Positions 27,384 to 36,224 of a stretch of DNA of 64,000 nucleotides are shown piece after piece. The position numbers were made by a program, and so were the translations under genes. Positions within the stretch are counted from its first letter, which is position 1, and the number at the start of each line of letters is the position of its first letter. This DNA is from a bacterium (GTDB taxonomy: Bacteria > Patescibacteriota > UBA1384 > VFKW01): NCBI GenBank assembly GCA_030647355.1, contig JAUSIS010000006.1:26221-90220 (forward strand). Reading direction: 5' to 3'. The notes under the pieces were generated by a model that saw only the letters and a list, made by a program, of their open reading frames with translations, did not search any database and was not told the origin of the DNA.

Positions 27384-29909
27384 TTGTGGGATAGTTTAAT
27401 GGTAGATAGCAACATGTCCAATAATTCAGTGCATACTGCTGGTGTGCAGAATCATTTTATTGACACATTGGTCAACCTTGGTTTTGTCGACAGAAAAAAA
27501 TTGGATGGATTTGAATCGAAGAGTGAAGCTGAGATTGTCAAATTCATTGCTAATGGAATTTGTACCACAGAGCAGATTGCTCAAGCTTTCAGTACATATT
27601 ATGGTTTACCTTTTGTGCGGATTAAAGGACGCTCAGTTGATCCTAATGTACTGAAGCTAATTTCTAAAGAAGATGCTAAGACCTATCAGATTATTGCTTA
27701 TGGTCTAACAGATAAGAATCTTGAAATAGGTATAGGAAACCCGACTATTTTACAGGGCCAGCCCCCGGCTGCCCTGACTAAACTTGCTTCTGAGGGGTAT
27801 AGCACAACTCTATCAATCATTCCTGAAGACGAAATAGAATGGGCACTTAATTTATATTCTTCAGATAGTACTTTGCTACTAAATAGTGCAAGCAATATCT
27901 CCCAACCGAGTCAATCGGGTATGAGTGTTAGCCAGAGCGGTACGCAAGGAAGCGCGCCTTTTGTTGATTTAACCAAACTTACTATTCCAAAAGAAGTTTT
28001 GATGAAGTTTCCTAAAGAAGTGGCGGAAAAATATAACATGGTTGTATTTGACACAGAACCTCCAATTAATGTAACTAAAGCGTCTAAGAAGATTAAAGTA
28101 GCTCTATTGGGTCCTGAAGATTCTCAGGCAAGAGAGATTCTAGAGTTTATTAAGAGAAGAAATAATTTAGAGGTAGAGAAATATAAGTGTAATCAAGAGG
28201 GGTTGACTAAGTCATTGAGCGGTTATGAGCCAGTAATTCCTTCCCATCCGCTTGAGCAACAAGCTAAGCCTGAGCTGAAAAAGGATGCGGGTGATAAGGA
28301 AGAAGAAAAAAAAGACGAAATTGGTAAAAAAGATGAAGATAATAAACCCAAAATAAACCAAGATGAGCCTAAAGTAATTTCTGAAGTACAAGTGCATGAA
28401 GAGAATCTTTCAAGTGATAAAAAAATTGGCCAGATGCAAGAGATTGCATCTTCTGTACTTAAGCCAGAGGCGGCGCGGCTGAAAGAAGGATTGGCGACTC
28501 CTTATAGCCCGCCACCTAGCAGTTCTTCCGCTTTGTCAGATAACGAGAGTGATACTAAGGCAGAAGTAGTGCCCGAGGTTAAGTCTGAAGATATTGATAC
28601 TAAAGCTGGATTGCAATCTGGGGCGGACGTGGATAGCGGCAATATGGAAGAGAATAATTTGGATAAATTCTTGTCGCGTCCGGTGGATAAACTAGAAGAT
28701 TTAGAGTCGGTTATTAAGGCGGGTATGATACCGGAAATTGTAGCGGCGATGGTGAGTTTAGGTATTGTAATGGAGATTAGTGATATACATATTGAAGCAA
28801 CAACGGAAAATCTACGTTTGCGTTATAGAATTGACGGTATTTTGAAGGATATTATCAAGATGCCTTTGTCGCTTCATGCGCCGCTTGTGTCCAGAATAAA
28901 AATATTATCAAAACTAAAAATTGACGAGCAGCGCGTGCCTCAAGATGGACGGTTTAATGTGATTGCTAGGAAGCATGAGATCGATCTTCGTGTTTCTACT
29001 TTACCAACTGTACATGGAGAAAAAGTCGTCATGCGTATTTTGGATAAAAGCGTAGGTATTCTGACGCTAGAAGATATGGGTATTACCGGAGTGGGTTTTG
29101 ATGTTGTTGCTAAAAATATAAAGAAACCTTATGGAGTTATTTTGGCAACTGGTCCAACCGGGTCTGGAAAATCTACTACTCTCTATGCAATTTTACAGAG
29201 GATCTCAACTACCGCTGTCAATGTTATTACCCTCGAGGATCCCGTGGAGTATGAGATTTCCGGTATTAATCAAACCCAAGTTAAGCCTCAGATTGGTTTT
29301 ACTTTTGCCGAAGGACTGAGGGCGGTTCTAAGGCAGGATCCAAATATTATAATGGTGGGGGAGATTCGTGATTTAGAAACTGCAGCGATGGCGACGCACG
29401 CTGCTCTAACTGGTCATTTGGTGTTGTCTACATTACACACTAATGATTCGGCTGGCGCTTTGCCGCGTCTTATTAATATGGGGGTTGAGCCATTTTTAAT
29501 TACTTCTTCGGTCAATTGTATTATTGCCCAACGTTTAGTGCGAAAAGTGTGTCCTAAGTGTAAAGCAAAAGTAGAGTTGCCGGAGGCATTAATCGAGGAT
29601 ATATTGAAGGAAATTTCCAAAATTTCCGATACGAAAATCGCTGCTATGAAAAAAAATGATTTGATTTTTTATCATGGCTCGGGTTGCTCTGAATGTACCA
29701 ATGGCTATCATGGGAGAATAGGTATATACGAGGTCTTGGAGATGAACGAGAAGATTGAGGAACTGGCAGTGTCTAAGCAGCCGGCTAGCGCGATATTGGA
29801 GCAGGCGTGTAAAGATGGCATGGTTACTATGAAGCAGGATGGGATTTTGAAGGCATTGAAGGGTATTACGACTATGGATGAAGTATTGCGTGTTACATCT
29901 AGCGATTAG
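27384..29909 (+). CDS. pilB: Type IV pilus assembly ATPase PilB/GspE with a long charged low-complexity linker
   Basis: N-terminal GSPII_E_N-like domain. ~170-aa K/E/D/S-rich linker. Walker A GPTGSGKSTT, Asp box, Walker B, tetracysteine motif (CPKCK..CSEC). Confidence 0.85.
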   Translation: MWDSLMVDSNMSNNSVHTAGVQNHFIDTLVNLGFVDRKKLDGFESKSEAEIVKFIANGICTTEQIAQAFSTYYGLPFVRIKGRSVDPNVLKLISKEDAKTYQIIAYGLTDKNLEIGIGNPTILQGQPPAALTKLASEGYSTTLSIIPEDEIEWALNLYSSDSTLLLNSASNISQPSQSGMSVSQSGTQGSAPFVDLTKLTIPKEVLMKFPKEVAEKYNMVVFDTEPPINVTKASKKIKVALLGPEDSQAREILEFIKRRNNLEVEKYKCNQEGLTKSLSGYEPVIPSHPLEQQAKPELKKDAGDKEEEKKDEIGKKDEDNKPKINQDEPKVISEVQVHEENLSSDKKIGQMQEIASSVLKPEAARLKEGLATPYSPPPSSSSALSDNESDTKAEVVPEVKSEDIDTKAGLQSGADVDSGNMEENNLDKFLSRPVDKLEDLESVIKAGMIPEIVAAMVSLGIVMEISDIHIEATTENLRLRYRIDGILKDIIKMPLSLHAPLVSRIKILSKLKIDEQRVPQDGRFNVIARKHEIDLRVSTLPTVHGEKVVMRILDKSVGILTLEDMGITGVGFDVVAKNIKKPYGVILATGPTGSGKSTTLYAILQRISTTAVNVITLEDPVEYEISGINQTQVKPQIGFTFAEGLRAVLRQDPNIIMVGEIRDLETAAMATHAALTGHLVLSTLHTNDSAGALPRLINMGVEPFLITSSVNCIIAQRLVRKVCPKCKAKVELPEALIEDILKEISKISDTKIAAMKKNDLIFYHGSGCSECTNGYHGRIGIYEVLEMNEKIEELAVSKQPASAILEQACKDGMVTMKQDGILKALKGITTMDEVLRVTSSD

Positions 29910-30040
29910 TGCCCGATTTGATTATTGGTAAAAAAGATTTACAATATATATAGTGATTTAATTAATATAATATTCCGATTCGCTTGCCGTTTGCAAACTA
30001 ATGCAGATAGAGGGGAATCGGGTAAAGGTCGTCCGGCTAT

Positions 30041-31135
30041 TTGGCAGGACTGACCACAGGAGGGATTATGGCAGATACTTTAGCAGCGGAGATGAAGTCA
30101 CTTTTGGACCAAGCAATTGATAAGCGGGCGAGTGATTTGCATTTAACAGTAGGACTTCCACCTACTTTGCGTATTGACGGGCGCTTGATTGCGGTGGCCG
30201 ATAAAGGGGTTTTGAACGCCGAGGATTGCGAAAAACTGATTTTGAGCATTATGCTGCCGGAGCAGATTGAGAAATTAAGACAGAGAAAAGAGATAGATTT
30301 TTCTTTTGGCTACCAGCAGATGCGTTTTCGTACCAATGTCTTTTACCAAAAAGGGTATCTATCTGCCGCGCTTCGTTCGATCAGTCTAAAAATCAAAACT
30401 ATCGAAGAACTTGGCTTGCCTCCGATTTTGGAGAAATTTACTCTGCCAAGTCAGGGATTTGTGATTATTACCGGTCCGACTGGTCATGGAAAGTCCACAA
30501 CTCTGGCGGCATTAATTGAACATATCAATCAAACTCGCTCTGAACATATAATCACAATCGAAGACCCAATCGAGTATGTTTTTGAGCACAAGAAAAGTAT
30601 TGTCACTCAGAGGGAAATTAGCAGTGATAGTAATTCCTTTGCCCGAGCTTTGCGCAGCGCGCTGCGCCAAGATCCGGATGTTATTCTAGTGGGTGAAATG
30701 CGTGATCTGGAAACGATTGATGCGGCTTTAACGCTGGCTGAAACGGGGCATTTGGTCTTTACGACACTGCATACTAATTCAGCTTCACAGACTGCCGATC
30801 GTATTATTGATGTTTTCCCGCCACATCAGCAGCAACAGATCAGAATGCAGCTGGCTAATGTACTTTTAGGAGTGATATCGCAGAGATTATTGCCGAGGAT
30901 TTCCGGAGGCAGGGTGCTGGCGTGTGAGATTATGATGGCTAATTCGGCGGTGAGAAATACGATTAGAGAAGGAAAGACACATCAGTTGCCGAATGTTATT
31001 CAGACTAGTGCTTCCGAGGGTATGATCAGTTTGGATAAAGTTTTAGCTGAATTGGTTAGTAAAGGTGAGATTACTATAGATGATGCTTTGGCTTGGTCGC
31101 TTGATCCTAAGGCATTTAAAATGATGGTGTATTAA
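30041..31135 (+). CDS. pilT: Twitching-motility (pilus retraction) ATPase PilT
   Basis: Walker A GPTGHGKSTT, PilT-type AIRNLIRE-like region (AVRNTIREGKTHQL). ~350 aa, no tetracysteine motif. Confidence 0.85.
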   Translation: MAGLTTGGIMADTLAAEMKSLLDQAIDKRASDLHLTVGLPPTLRIDGRLIAVADKGVLNAEDCEKLILSIMLPEQIEKLRQRKEIDFSFGYQQMRFRTNVFYQKGYLSAALRSISLKIKTIEELGLPPILEKFTLPSQGFVIITGPTGHGKSTTLAALIEHINQTRSEHIITIEDPIEYVFEHKKSIVTQREISSDSNSFARALRSALRQDPDVILVGEMRDLETIDAALTLAETGHLVFTTLHTNSASQTADRIIDVFPPHQQQQIRMQLANVLLGVISQRLLPRISGGRVLACEIMMANSAVRNTIREGKTHQLPNVIQTSASEGMISLDKVLAELVSKGEITIDDALAWSLDPKAFKMMVY

Positions 31136-31304
31136 AAATCCGAAGGATTTTTAATAAGCTTGTAAGCAGTAAGAAGTAAGTAATAAGCAGTAAGAAAATA
31201 TTGTTCGAGCGAAGTCGAGAACTACAAGGGATATGGATCCTGAAACAAGTTCGGGATGACGAATAACTTCTCGACAAGCTCGAAGAATAGCTCGGAGGGA
31301 AAAA

Positions 31305-32378
31305 GTGGCGCGGAGTTTAGTACAACAATATCTTCCATTTTTGACCAATGTCTCGATACGAGATAAGGCGTTTGTTGCCAGGCAGTTGGCGACAATGCTG
31401 GAGTCGGGAATTCCGCTGGCGCAATCCGTTTCTATTATTGGTGTGCAGGCGAGCAATGATATTATGCAAGAGACAATGGCGGCTATTGTTCATGATCTTG
31501 AGCATGGTTTAAACTTTTCGACTGCTATAGGTAAACACCCCAGACTTTTTAGTCGAGTTTTTGTCTCTGCAGTTAGGGCGGGTGAGGCGTCGGGGCGATT
31601 AGACAGTGTGCTGGGGGAATTAGCTTCTCAGCTTGAGAAGGATACTGATGCGACATCGAAGATAAAAGGCGCTCTGATGTATCCGGCATTTATCTTCGGT
31701 GCAATGATTGTCACGGTTGTGATTATGATGGTTAAGATCGTACCGCAGCTGGAGTCGGTATTTATGGAAAATAACGCTCAATTACCATTTACCACGACAG
31801 TAATTATGTCACTTAGCCGATCAATGGTGGCGTATTGGTGGATATATCTTATCGCCGTTAGCTTTACTGTATGGGGACTGGGTTTTTATCTGAAAACAGA
31901 TTCAGGGCGGGAACATTGGAATACCTTAAAAATCAGGATGCCTATAATCGGGACGATTAATAAAGGAAATTATATGGCGCGGTTTGCCAGAACTCTGTCT
32001 ATGCTTATTGCGTCAGGTGTGCCGATTATTGAGTCGCTGAAAATAGTGGCAGATTCGATTGATAACGATATTTATAGAGAGGGTTTACTCCGGGTAGCTT
32101 ATGACGTTTCGCGGGGTGTTCCGATATCAGTGCCACTACAGAGGGATAAAAATTTTCCAATGATAGTTTCTCAGATGGCAATTGTGGGCGAGCAGACTGG
32201 TAAAATGGATGAAGTGTTTTCCAAATTGGCACATTATTACGAAGGTCAGACAGAGGATAAGATTAAAGGTATGGCTTCTCTTCTGGAGCCGGCTGTTTTG
32301 GTAGTCATAGGTCTAGGTGCAGCATTTGTTGTTTTTGCCATCATTATGCCGCTTTACAATCTGACCAGTGTTATGTAA
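31305..32378 (+). CDS. pilC: Type IV pilus inner-membrane platform protein PilC/GspF
   Basis: Two GspF-type repeats, each with cytoplasmic helices and TM segments. Confidence 0.8.
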   Translation: MARSLVQQYLPFLTNVSIRDKAFVARQLATMLESGIPLAQSVSIIGVQASNDIMQETMAAIVHDLEHGLNFSTAIGKHPRLFSRVFVSAVRAGEASGRLDSVLGELASQLEKDTDATSKIKGALMYPAFIFGAMIVTVVIMMVKIVPQLESVFMENNAQLPFTTTVIMSLSRSMVAYWWIYLIAVSFTVWGLGFYLKTDSGREHWNTLKIRMPIIGTINKGNYMARFARTLSMLIASGVPIIESLKIVADSIDNDIYREGLLRVAYDVSRGVPISVPLQRDKNFPMIVSQMAIVGEQTGKMDEVFSKLAHYYEGQTEDKIKGMASLLEPAVLVVIGLGAAFVVFAIIMPLYNLTSVM

Positions 32379-32445
32379 CAATTAAGCTGGTAAGAAATAA
32401 GCAGTAAGCTGGTAAGAATTAAGAAATAATGAATGAGGAAAAGAG

Positions 32446-32856
32446 ATGACGACGGAAGATAAAAAAGAGATAGTAGAAATAGTAGGGAATGTGGTAGAGG
32501 AGAAAGTTTTCCCTCGTTTTGACGAACAAGAAAAAAGAATGGTGAAGCTGTTTGTGCAGGCGGAAAAAAATACTGATAGGAAGATTGATGAATTGGCGAT
32601 AATGATGAATGGTCAATTTCAGAAGATAGATGAAAGGTTTGGCAACTTAGAAAACAGAATGGAAGGTATGGAAGGTAGGATGGAAGGTATGGAAGGTAGG
32701 ATGAGTGGTATAGAAGGTAGGATGAGTGGCTTGGAAGAAAGAATGGATCGGATTGAGAGAAAATTGGATGCGGAGATTGAAAGACATGATAGATTGTCGG
32801 TGAAGTCGGAAGATCACGGGAAGAGGATAGGAGTTTTGGAGGTAGCTGGGAGTTAA
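32446..32856 (+). CDS. Coiled-coil protein encoded partly by tandem 15-nt repeats (MEGMEGR..)
   Basis: Residues 60-100 are (M/I)EG(R/M)M repeats, encoded by tandem DNA repeats at 32653-32745. Helical, with no catalytic motifs. Confidence 0.4.
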   Translation: MTTEDKKEIVEIVGNVVEEKVFPRFDEQEKRMVKLFVQAEKNTDRKIDELAIMMNGQFQKIDERFGNLENRMEGMEGRMEGMEGRMSGIEGRMSGLEERMDRIERKLDAEIERHDRLSVKSEDHGKRIGVLEVAGS

Positions 32857-33172
32857 GTGGCAAGAGATATAGGGCAAAGGCCTTGTTCTCTGGTTGCTTA
32901 AAACCCCTCACCCTTTAAGCAAAGGATGAGGGATAATAAGGAGGTTCCCAGCTCTTTCTGAGCTTGTCAATATCTGTGTGTTGTTGGGACATTATGGCGA
33001 TATTAGCAGATAAGGATGATGAGTTGAGAAAGGGCTGGGTAGGTCGGTAACCGACAACGGTATTTTCATTCGTTTATTTGCAGCCAGAAATGGGAAAATG
33101 TCAAATGACAAATTTCCAATGTCAAATAATTAACCCGCCGTCGCTGAAGCTATGGCGGGCGAAGGAGAAAAA

Positions 33173-33673
33173 ATGAGAAAAAAAGGTTTTACACTTATCG
33201 AACTTTTGGTGGTTATTGCCATCATTGGTATCTTAGCGGCAACAGTCTTGATCGGTATGCGATCGGCTCGTTCCAAAGCCAGAGATACGCAGAGGAAAAA
33301 CAATGTCAGATCGGTAATAAATATGCTAGAGTTGTATTATGATGACAATGTATCTGCGGGTTATCCAGCTACGACCTTAGCTGCCACTTGCTATAACGTG
33401 AATGGTTTGTCTGATGGTGATGCCAGCGGAGGCATTTCAGTCTTAGTGTCTGCGTTAAACGCTACAGCTGCATATGATATATCTGATATTACACAGAGCG
33501 ATGATCAGGCTGCAAGATATGGTTTTACTACCACTCTTACCGGTGCAACACCAGATCGCGTGAACAACGGTGCTTGTGCTGCAATGCTTCCAGCACAAGC
33601 ACAAGGGCCAGTCTATGTTGGTCAAAACATGGAGGCCCAGGGTAATGCATTTGAGGCACAGACGGCTCAATAG
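33173..33673 (+). CDS. pilA: Type IV major pilin (PilA-like) with class III signal peptide
   Basis: MRKKG|FTLIELLVVIAIIGILAA: prepilin peptidase cleavage motif with Glu+5. Cys pair near the C-terminus. Confidence 0.85.
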   Translation: MRKKGFTLIELLVVIAIIGILAATVLIGMRSARSKARDTQRKNNVRSVINMLELYYDDNVSAGYPATTLAATCYNVNGLSDGDASGGISVLVSALNATAAYDISDITQSDDQAARYGFTTTLTGATPDRVNNGACAAMLPAQAQGPVYVGQNMEAQGNAFEAQTAQ

Positions 33674-33720
33674 TCGGTATTTAGAGGGGAGGAGGTCCTC
33701 CTCCTTTCGAGTGTGTTAAA

Positions 33721-33752
33721 AAGAGTCCCGATAGTACATCGGGACTCTTTGG
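33721..33752 (+). terminator. Intrinsic terminator downstream of the major pilin gene
   Basis: AGAGTCCCGATAGTACATCGGGACTCTTTGGG: 10-bp GC-rich stem plus a T tract. Confidence 0.7.
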
Positions 33753-33769
33753 GTGTAGGGGAGGGGATT

Positions 33770-34110
33770 GCTTTGTCGCTTCGCTCCTCGCAATGACAGA
33801 GAACTGCTGTTCGCAGTGACACGGAAAGTGGAGAAGATTGCCGCGCTTCGCTCGCAATGACAGGAAAGTAAGATTGCCGCGCTACGCTCGCAATGACAGA
33901 AGGGAGATTGCTTCGGACGACACTCGCAATGACAAAGGAAGCTTCTCGCAATGACAAAGGAGAGATTGCTTCGGACGACGCTCGCAATGACACGGAAAGT
34001 GGAGAAGATTGCCGCGCTGCGCTCGTAATGACATAAGCACACTCGCGATGTTCGTCAGAAAGATTGCTTCGTCGCTACGCTCCTCGCAATGACACGGAAA
34101 AAACGCTGGT
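33770..34110. repeat. Cluster of ~7 hairpin repeat units (GATTGC-N12-17-GCAATGACA), the last one a long perfect palindrome
   Basis: Repeated GATTGCCGCGCT(T/A)CGCTCGCAATGACA and GATTGCTTCGGACGAC(A/G)CTCGCAATGACA units separated by 6-12 nt. 34067-34130 forms a ~28-bp inverted repeat. Confidence 0.85.
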
Positions 34111-34148
34111 CATTGCGAGCGAACAGCGAAGCAATCTATAATGGAAAT

Positions 34149-34445
34149 ATGAAAGATAAAAATTATTACGTATATTTTATGATGAATTTCAGTAATACGG
34201 TTATTTATGTGGGAGTAACTAATGATTTAGCGAGAAGAGTTTACGAGCACAAAAATAAGCTTATTGATGGGTTTACTAAAAAATATAATGTAAATAAACT
34301 TGTGTATTATGAAGAGTATGATGATCCGCTGATCGCAATCGCCAGAGAAAAACAGATAAAAGCTGGATCGAGGGATAAAAAGATGAGGTTGATTGCGAAA
34401 GATAATCCAAGGTTTGAAGATTTGTACGATGGTTTGTTTGGTTGA
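34149..34445 (+). CDS. GIY-YIG domain nuclease family protein (~98 aa)
   Basis: YYVYFMMNFSNTVIYVGVTNDLARRVYEHK is a canonical GIY-YIG core. The ORF opens at 34089 inside the repeat; the Met at 34149 is the likely start. Flanked on both sides by the hairpin repeats. Confidence 0.8.
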   Translation: MKDKNYYVYFMMNFSNTVIYVGVTNDLARRVYEHKNKLIDGFTKKYNVNKLVYYEEYDDPLIAIAREKQIKAGSRDKKMRLIAKDNPRFEDLYDGLFG

Positions 34446-34446
34446 G

Positions 34447-34605
34447 AAAGAAGATTGCCGCGCTTCGCTCGCAATGACAGAGGGGAGATTGCTTCGGACG
34501 ACACTCGCAATGACAAAGGAAGCTTCTCGCAATGACAAAGGAGAGATTGCTTCGGACGACACTCGCAATGACAGAAATAGTGCTTGCGATGACGAAGGAA
34601 AGGTA
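34447..34605. repeat. Second cluster of GATTGC..GCAATGACA hairpin repeats (4-5 units)
   Basis: Same units as 33770-34110, starting immediately after the GIY-YIG stop codon. Confidence 0.85.
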
Positions 34606-34664
34606 TTATTTGGAAATTTTGTTAATTCTAGGATATAATAGATTTAAGTAGTAAGGAGCGGATT

Positions 34665-35465
34665 ATGACAATTTTGATAGTGTTTATCTTTGGGTTAATG
34701 GTAGGATCTTTTTTAAATGTGGTGATACTGCGCATGGATGAGCTGGAGACTATTGTAAATACCCGATCTCACTGCCCGAAGTGTAAAAAAGATTTGTCTT
34801 GGTATGATCTGGTGCCTCTCTTGAGTTTTTTGTTGCTTCGGACGCGGTGCCGATATTGTAAGGAAAAAATTTCTTTGCAATATCCCTTGGTTGAACTGGG
34901 GACGGCTCTGGGCTTTGCGGCAGTATATCAATTTGTAGTGAACCAAGGGATTGGATTCGAGTGGCAGGTAATCAGTTTGATATTTTATCTTCTGATAGTA
35001 TCTTTTTTGGTGGTATTGTTTGTTTATGATCTTAGGAAATATTTGGTACCGGATGAGATCGTTTGGCCGGCAATTATCTTAACGGTTATTTTTCAAGTAT
35101 TGGCAATTCAATTCATACCGGATTACAGATTGAACTGGATGGATTTGCTATTGGGAGGATTAATCGGCGCTGGAGTGCCGGCATTACTTTCTATTCCGTC
35201 TAAAGGGAAATGGATGGGGTATGGCGACATCGCGATCGGAGCGCTTTTAGGGCTGGTGCTCGGTTATCCGCTAGCGATAGTAGGGCTTTTTATGGCGTTT
35301 TGTGCTGGCGGCTTGGTCGGAGTTGTGTTGATATTGGCAGGGTATAAGAAATTGACTTCGGCGGTGCCTTTCGGTCCTTTTTTAACCGCAGGAACTTTTG
35401 CTGCCTTGCTTTATGGGGAAAGAATACTTAATTGGTATCTGGGTTTTTTCGGACTTCGTTATTAG
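34665..35465 (+). CDS. pilD: Prepilin peptidase (A24 family) PilD
   Basis: N-terminal CxxC..CxxC zinc-binding region (CPKCKK..CRYCKE). Polytopic membrane protein with catalytic-Asp context (YDLRKYLVPDE, GYGDIAIGALLG). Confidence 0.85.
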   Translation: MTILIVFIFGLMVGSFLNVVILRMDELETIVNTRSHCPKCKKDLSWYDLVPLLSFLLLRTRCRYCKEKISLQYPLVELGTALGFAAVYQFVVNQGIGFEWQVISLIFYLLIVSFLVVLFVYDLRKYLVPDEIVWPAIILTVIFQVLAIQFIPDYRLNWMDLLLGGLIGAGVPALLSIPSKGKWMGYGDIAIGALLGLVLGYPLAIVGLFMAFCAGGLVGVVLILAGYKKLTSAVPFGPFLTAGTFAALLYGERILNWYLGFFGLRY

Positions 35466-35590
35466 AGGTTACTTCTCGACTTTGCTCAAAGAATAATGCC
35501 AGGCAGTAAGAAATAAACTGGGACAGGGAAAGATTGCCACGCTACGCTCGCAATGACACAGAAATAGTACTCGCAATGACAAGGAGGGGA
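35466..35590. repeat. Composite intergenic repeat: ACTTCTCGAC.. motif + GCAGTAAGAAATAAACTG motif + two GATTGC..GCAATGACA hairpin units
   Basis: Each module recurs elsewhere in the window (31140-31300, 49424-49460, 33770-34110). Confidence 0.7.
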
Positions 35591-35643
35591 TATACAAGCT
35601 TTGGTGGGTTATGTTATGATAGAGAAAAGTGAGCGGAGGGGAA

Positions 35644-36204
35644 GTGAGAGCTCGAAAAAGTAAATTTGGTTTTACCTTGATTGAATTGATGATTACGATC
35701 TCGATTATGGGTATTTTGACAGTCGTGATGATTCCAGCGATTAGGAGTTTTGATAGGCGAAATAAGGTTACATCGGCGGCGGAGCAACTAAAGTCAGCGA
35801 TTCTGGAGGCGAGAAATTATTCAATGTCGCCAAGATTTAGCGATACAAATATTGACCGTTATAGTGTTATGATGGATTTGAGTCAAACTCCGGTTGAGTA
35901 TGAAGTCGGCTATTTTGAAAAGACGACTAATACTTGGCACAGTATTGCACCAAGAAAATTACCTAAAGGTGTTACTGTTGATCAGCGCTATCCTGACGAT
36001 GCTAATCCAAATGATATGGAGATTGGGTTTATGGTTCCTGCTGCTTCGGTCAAGTTTGAGAATTTATTTGATTACACGAACCAAACAACTTGGCCGGCGG
36101 CTAGTGGTATTGGTACGGTGAAGTTATGTGGCGAAAGTGCATCTTGCGGGGATAGTAAAACAGTTAAGATTAACAGTTATACTGGCTTAGTATTGATTGA
36201 ATGA
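35644..36204 (+). CDS. Type IV minor pilin / pseudopilin (FimT/GspH-like)
   Basis: Class III signal peptide VRARKSK|FGFTLIELMITISIMGIL. GTG start at 35644 behind the RBS GGAGGGG (the ORF opens at 35629). Confidence 0.75.
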   Translation: MRARKSKFGFTLIELMITISIMGILTVVMIPAIRSFDRRNKVTSAAEQLKSAILEARNYSMSPRFSDTNIDRYSVMMDLSQTPVEYEVGYFEKTTNTWHSIAPRKLPKGVTVDQRYPDDANPNDMEIGFMVPAASVKFENLFDYTNQTTWPAASGIGTVKLCGESASCGDSKTVKINSYTGLVLIE

Positions 36205-36224
36205 TTGTAATTTAGGGAGAAGGT

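Noticed and set aside
33770-34110. Hairpin repeat arrays (also 34447-34605, 38920-39110) considered as CRISPR arrays
   Set aside because: Units are not separated by unique spacers of constant length. The 'spacers' are 6-12 nt and themselves repeated, unit length varies (30-60 nt) and units overlap. No cas genes are in the window. They are better described as tandem hairpin repeats.
33667-34638. ORFs 33667-33993(-), 33716-34042(-), 34227-34568(-), 34307-34516(-), 34393-34638(+) and 38839-39069(-) from the six-frame track
   Set aside because: They are translations of the hairpin repeats (recurrent CHCERSAAI, IASEARQS and ASLAMT pseudo-peptides) with no start or RBS context, and they overlap the GIY-YIG gene. 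Judged spurious.
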